NCBI RefSeq assembly: GCF_902713615.1
Contig: NC_052162.1
Coordinates: 114,880,742 to 114,944,741, forward strand
Reading direction: 5' to 3'
Length of the DNA: 64,000 bases
DNA from: Scyliorhinus canicula
Lineage: Eukaryota
The notes beneath the pieces are model-generated. The model did not search any database, was not told the DNA's origin, and was given only the letters and a program-made list of their open reading frames with translations. Made by a program: the position numbers and the translations under genes. Below are positions 58,081-64,000 of the stretch, in pieces; positions within the stretch are counted from its first letter, which is position 1, and every line of letters begins with the position of its first letter.

Positions 58081-59718
58081 CTCAAATAAATCTCCCAATC
58101 GTTCCTCCTCCAAGAAAAATAATCCAACCTTCTCGAGTTTGTCCACGAAACAGAAGTTCCTCATTCCTTTTCTATATTTTGGATCATGTTCTGCCATCAC
58201 ATTGTGGAAATGAAACCTCACTTGTGATAAAATCCAGAGGGCCGGATCCTGAGGAGGTTCATACTGAGCATTAAGAGACCTGGCTCAGGTCACTGCGTTC
58301 AACAAATGGCTGAGGAGGAACAAGTTCTCAATAGTTAATGAGCAGCTAAAGGTGGATAGACGGGTGGGGTCATTACTTCTGCCTGTTTACAGTAGGGCTG
58401 TAAACCTATAAAGATAGCGCAGTGTGAGAGACAAACAGTGATCTACACTGTTGGGCCTTAACCCAGCCTCAGTTGGGTATCAGAGAAGGCAACTAAAAAC
58501 AGCTGCTCCCTTCTCTATTGCCCACACACATAATTTACAATAATCACTGACCTCTCACCCCATGCTCATCCCTGCATCTGAGAGAGGTGATTGGATCTTA
58601 GACCCGAGAGACTTGATAGCAAACCAAACATGTTCTCTCACTGATTTGCAATGTTTATTGCCTGAAATTAACAATTAAGATAAAATACATGTATTATTAT
58701 TTACAGTTGTGTAATATTGTGCTGTAGCTACGTTATATATTTCCAGTCATCTTTTCCCTCAGAGGGTTGTTAGTCTCTGCATTTCTCTTCCACAGGGACC
58801 AGTGGGGTGTGGGGGTAACTGAATATATTCACCGCTGAGTTGGACAGATTTCTGATTGACCAGGGAGTCGAGGGTTATGGGGAACCAGCAGGAAAATGGA
58901 GAGAAAGCTGAGATGAGGAGGGATTTCCTCACTCAAGAATATGGAGCATTCTCTCCCTCAGAGGATTGTGGAGTCATCACGTATTTTCAGGGCAAAGATC
59001 AATGGGTTTCTAGATGATGAAGATAGCAAAGAATATGGAGGATAGTGTGGGAAAATGGTGCTGAGGTAGATCGGCCAATTATCTCAAACGGATGAGCAGG
59101 CTCAATGGGCCGAATGGCTGGACAGAAAGCAGTGAGCATGGATCTGTCAATCAGCCTGAATCTGCACCTTCAGGAGAATTGGGAGGGTGAATATTAGATA
59201 CAGCAGAGTGAGAATGGAGGGAGAGTGTGTGGGATGGAGATTTACACCTTTTGGGGAATGAGAGAGGAAAGAATGTTCCAGAGAAATTAAAATAATCTGT
59301 TCTGAATTTCTATCCTGGACTGACAGTGATGACATTTGTAAATTCCTTTTACAGGATATTAGAAGAGGAGGAATTATAGACAGAAATCTCAACCCAAACG
59401 TTACATCAAAGTCTGATAGTCACTCAACTCCACGGGTCTGGAATATTACCAGCCTTTGATACTTGGAGGAGAAATGTTTCTCTGGTCTGTCTGCTTCAGA
59501 GGTTTTAAACATCAGTGTGACTGGAAAATCACCGAGACACAGACACCCGAGTGAGAGTGTTCCAGAGCACCGACTGTGAAAAGAGCTTTAACCAGTTACA
59601 CAGCCTGAATAAATACCATCACACCATTCACATCAGGGACAGACTGTACACGTGTTCTGTGTGTGGGCGAGGCTTCAATTGATTGTCCAACCTGGAGAGA
59701 CATAAGGAGACCCAAAAC

Positions 59719-60309
59719 ATGGAGAGACCGTGGAAATGTGAGGACTGTGGGAAGGGATTCAGATTCCCATCAGAGCTGGCGATTCATCGACGCATTCACA
59801 CTGGGGAGAGACCATTCACCTGCTCTCAGTGTGGGAAGGGATTCACTGAGTTATCCAACCTGCGGAAACACCACCGAGTTCATACTGGCGAGAAACCATT
59901 TACCTGCTCTCAGTGTGAGAAGGGATTCACTCAGTTATCCAACCTGCAGACACACCAGCGAGTTCACACTGGGGAGAAACCATTTACCTGCTCTCAGTGT
60001 GGGAAAGGATTCAGTAATTTATCCCACTTGCAGATACACTGGCGAGTTCACACTGGGGAGAAGCCATTCACCTGCTGTCAGTGTGGGAAGGGATTCAGTG
60101 AATCATCCAGCCTGAGGGTGCACCAACGTGCTCACACAGGAGAGAAGCCATTCACCTGCTCTTTGTGTGGGAAGGCATTCAGTAGATCATCCAACCTGCG
60201 GATACACGAGAGAGTTCACACCGGGGACAGACCATACACCTGCTCCCACTGTACGATGGCATTCGGTGATCCATCCGCCCTGCGGAGACACCAACAAGTT
60301 CACAAGTGA
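59719..60309 (+). CDS. C2H2 zinc-finger protein ZNF-6, 7 fingers
   Basis: ORF 59683-60309; aacATGG at 59719 (MERPWKCEDC); intron 54933-59354. Confidence 0.9.
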   Translation: MERPWKCEDCGKGFRFPSELAIHRRIHTGERPFTCSQCGKGFTELSNLRKHHRVHTGEKPFTCSQCEKGFTQLSNLQTHQRVHTGEKPFTCSQCGKGFSNLSHLQIHWRVHTGEKPFTCCQCGKGFSESSSLRVHQRAHTGEKPFTCSLCGKAFSRSSNLRIHERVHTGDRPYTCSHCTMAFGDPSALRRHQQVHK

Positions 60310-60357
60310 TTAAAGGGGTCGATTCTGCTGTTATTATTTCTGTTCTCAATTACATCA

Positions 60358-61055
60358 AGGGCTGGTGGCACAGTGGTTCGATCCCGGCCCCGGGTCACTG
60401 TCCGTGTGGAGTTTGCACATTTTCCCCATGTCTGCGCGGGCCTCCTCCACAAACCAAAGATGTGCCGTGTAGGTGGATTGGCTATGCTAAATTGCCCCTC
60501 AATTTGGGGGAAAAAAAGAATTGGGTACTTTAAATTAAAAACAATTACATCCAGGGCTGCATTTTGTTCTGTCTGACATTTGGTCAATGGGGATGGTTAG
60601 AGGGTTTCTTTTTGCTCGACTGGCTGGTGTCGCGACTTTACCTCCAGTGGGCTGATGCTCTTTGAGCCTTGATGCAAATACCTGGTTTAAAATTTCACAA
60701 GGATCACAGGGTGAAAGGGTGTTTGGAAGTTTTTTTCAATACATTTAGAGTACGCACAGACAGTGACCCGGGGCCGGGACAGAGTGTTTGGAAGTTAGAA
60801 GATATTTAGTTTGCATTTCTGGGGGCAGCATGGTGGCACAGTGGTTAGCACTTCTGCCTCAAGGCCCGAGGACCCGGGTTCGATTCCAGCCCCGGGTCAC
60901 TGTCCGTGTGGAGTTTGCACATTCTCCCCGTGTCTGCATAGGTTTCACCCCCACAACCCAAAGATGTGCAGGTTAGGTGGATTGGCCACACTAAATTGCC
61001 CCTTAATTAGAAAAAAATAGTTGGGTATTCTAAATTTATTTTAAAAGAAAAAAAA
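60358..61055. mobile_element. Three V-SINE insertions in the ZNF-6 3' UTR
   Basis: 60358-60540 (TSD CAATTACATC.AGGGCTG); ~60733-60783 (TSD GTGTTTGGAAGTT); 60822-61055. Confidence 0.8.
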
Positions 61056-61495
61056 TTAGATTACTATATTAATTAGTCACCAGTCAGTACACTAATAAGT
61101 AGTTTGTTTGACAGAAGGTTGTTCTGATAGTGCAGCATTCACTCAGTGCTGGGATGAGGAATATAGTATGTCCTCAATCGAATTACAACTAATGAATCAA
61201 TCATGAATCAGTAGTTACAGTAAAAAACTGACTTTTATTAGTCGTAAAAATGTAAAAGCTAAATTGCTGTGTATAAAGAATGTGCAATGAGGATAAATGT
61301 TCTGGCAAGAGAGACCTTCAAGCTCTGATTAGCCTCAACATTTGAAACTGTGTGAATAAGGGATTGTACAGAATCAGATAAAGGGATAGTATGAAACAGT
61401 TCTATTGTATTCCTGTCTAAGATAATGAGAGAAGGTGGTGTCAGTAATTAGGAACCAATTAAATTAATCTGTTGACTAAATTGACCAATGGTAAT

Positions 61496-64000
61496 TGTAA
61501 TGACCTCCAATTGGCTTTATTGGTTGGCCAATTGGAGTATGAGCTCCCTCAATGATAGCTCATTGAGGTGGTCCATATAAGCACCTGTGTAGGCTTTGTG
61601 AGCAGTCTTAAGTTGACTGGACTGCTAGCAGCACTGTTTGGAGCTGCTCTTGTATCTAGTTATTGGTAATAAATATTGGTGTGGTGACGGGACTCCTGCC
61701 TCCTGTGAATTATTACAGTGGCGACGAGGTAAACAAAGAACTTTGCGGAGACCAGCTGCCGCACTCGGAGGGAAAGCCTTGCTATTTCAAAAATGCCGTT
61801 TTTTGGGAGGTTAGATGCATTCGACCCGACTATTGAGGACTGGTCCCAGTATGTGGAGAGAATGTGTTACTTCTTCCGGGCAAATAATATACTGACGGAC
61901 GAAAGGAAACGGGTTATCCTGCTGTCGGCGTGCAGACCCTCAGATTTCACCATTATACGTAGTCTAACTTATCCCAATGCGCCGGACACGAATTCTTTCC
62001 AAGAATTAACGGAATTGATGAAAGAGCACTACGACCCAAAACCACCCCTCATTTTGCATAGGTACAGATTCTACACAGCGAAGCGGGAAGACAGGGAGTC
62101 AGTCACGAATTTCTTGACCCGCCTGAGAAGGCTTGCGGAAAAATGTGAGTTTGGCCCAACGCTAAATGAAATGCTTCGGGACTGGTTAGTGTGTGGCATA
62201 AACGACCTCACAATACAGAAGCGCCTGTTGGCGGAAATGCAGCTAGACTGCAGGCAGGCGTTACAGCTCGCACTGTCCCTAGAAAAGGCAACAAGTGGGG
62301 CGCAGGAACTACAGGGCACGCCAATGGAGGTTGATAGCTGTGAGAGTGACTATCACAACGGGTCCAGCTACCAGATAACTGCTCTCAGGAAAAGCCTGAG
62401 GAACAGAGGGCCAAAGGAAAACCCCAGAACTGCCCCCAAGTCTGCTAGGACTAACTGGAGACAGAGGGAAGTACTGGCTGAGGCTCCCCCAACAGAGAAG
62501 GACCGTTTCTGGCACCAGACAGGGTGGGGTAACAGCGACAGAAACCCTAGAAGGAGGTGGCGAAAGAGAAATAGCAGGTGGGGATGCAGGGATGTACACA
62601 ACCTAGACGCCCCATCCTCCTCCGAAGGGGAACAATTATATAATATTGCGACGAAGAAAGCAGAACCTATTAAGATTACCCCCCGGGAGAATGGTCGGCC
62701 GACAATAATGGAAATAGACACTGGGGTGGCCGTATCAGTAATGGGAGTGGCAGCATTTAAAAAAAATCAAAGATGGACTCCAGCCACTAACCCTAACAAA
62801 AACATTGATGAAACTTAAATCCTACACGGGGGAACCCCTGGAAGTTCTGGGCACGACTCATGTACCCGTGGAATATGAGAAACAATTGCTCAGATTACCG
62901 TTGACGATAGTAGAGGGCTCCGGACCAAGCTTAATTGGACGGAACTGGCTGAAAGACCTAAAATTAAATTGGATGAGAGTTTTCCAGAGTGGAAGCGGGC
63001 AGTTGAGTGGAGTACTTCAAAAATACCCGGAGGTCTTCCAAGAAGGTTTGGGGGAAATCATAGGTGCAAAAGCAACTTTGTACGTGGATCTAGAAGCCCT
63101 TCCAAAATTTTGTAAGGCCAGGGCGGCACCTTTCACGTTAAGGAAGAAAGTAGATGACGAAATAGAAAGGTTACGGCGCGACGGCATTATCAGACCAATA
63201 CAGTTCTTGGAATGGGCAGCGCCGGTGGTACCAATTTTGAAGCCAGACGGCTCGATACGTCTCTGTGGAGATTTCAAAGAGACGGTAAACAAATACGCAC
63301 TGCTGGACAAATACCCAATCCCGAAAATAGACGACCTATATGCCAAATTGGCAGGTGGGCTTTTGTTCACAAAACTGGACATGAGCCACGCCTACCTGCA
63401 GTTAAAACTGGACAAGGACTCCCAGAAGTTCGCTACGATCAACACCCTGAAGGGCCTTTTTCGTTATACTAGGCTACCTTTCGGAGTGTCATCAGCCTGC
63501 GCTATATTCCAGCGTACGATGGAAAATATTCTGCAGGGACTACCGCAGGTGGCGATTTATTTGGATGATGTCTTAATCACGGGTAGGACGAACAGGGAAC
63601 ACTTAAGGAACCTGGAGGAAGTGCTCAGGCATTTCGCAAAGGCAGGCGTACGGCTTAAAAGAGAAAAATGTGTTTTTCTGGCCCCACAAGTGACGTACCT
63701 GGGATAGAAAGTAGACGAGTGGGGCTTACATCCCATTGGAAGACAGAGTAAGGGCAATAAAAGAAGCCCCAGCTCCCACCACGGTCCAGGAGTTATGATC
63801 ATTTCTAGGGTTGGTAACCTATTATGGAAAATTTATTGAAAATAGGGCGTCCATCCTAGAACCCCTCCACCAGCTACTAAAAAAGGGGCAAGAATGGAAA
63901 TGGTCCGTCCGCCAAAACCGAGAATTTAGGGTCAGTAAGGAACAGCTGTCATCCGAAAATGTCCTAGAGCATTATGACCCAAGGAAGGAGTTGGTGGTCA
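61496..64000 (+). mobile_element. Gypsy (Mag-like) LTR retrotransposon, decayed, truncated by the window edge
   Basis: 5' LTR 61496-61717 (TGTAAT..ATTACA, TATA, AATAAA); PBS TGGCGACGAGG 61719-61729 complementary to the tRNA-Ser(GCU) 3' end; nested in the LTR-like repeat. Confidence 0.92.
61793..64000 (+). pseudogene. Gypsy gag-protease-RT (frameshift at the A8 run ~62760, stops at 63705 and ~63796)
   Basis: gag LRD.LVCGI, protease EIDTG, RT WAAPVVP/KLDMSHAY/LPFG/YLDD. Confidence 0.88.

Noticed and set aside
62755-62770. Programmed ribosomal frameshift at TTTAAAAAAAA in the Gypsy element
   Set aside because: The required shift is +1, it falls inside the protease, and removing one A restores the frame. 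Later stops show decay, so a homopolymer indel is more likely.

Overview
Eukaryotic, repeat-dense vertebrate DNA. It is most likely from a cartilaginous fish (shark/catshark-like), inferred from the HE1/V-SINE-type and DeuSINE-type SINEs, CR1 LINEs, GC-rich L1 and Penelope-type palindromes. The window is part of a tandem cluster of C2H2 zinc-finger (ZNF) genes with no effector domain (no KRAB/SCAN/BTB). There are five ATG-initiated genes (13, 12, 12, 11 and 7 fingers), a sixth with 7 intact fingers but CTG in place of the start ATG (missed by the ORF track), and two remnants. All are built on one cassette: a CpG-rich CCAAT/ETS/NRF1 promoter, a short non-coding exon 1, an intron with conserved ends and a transposon-filled middle, and one large exon. 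That exon's 5' UTR is made of dead zinc fingers closed by an invariant in-frame TGA 13 codons before the 'MEKPWKC' start, and its conserved 3' UTR runs into a CR1-derived AATAAA. Four genes form two head-to-head pairs on ~0.5-kb bidirectional promoters. A full-length L1 with both ORFs intact and a 15-bp TSD sits in the 3' UTR of the first ZNF gene. A decayed Gypsy (Mag-like) LTR element runs off the right edge. Solo LTRs, many SINEs, CR1/L1 fragments and a Penelope-type minimal hammerhead ribozyme fill the rest.
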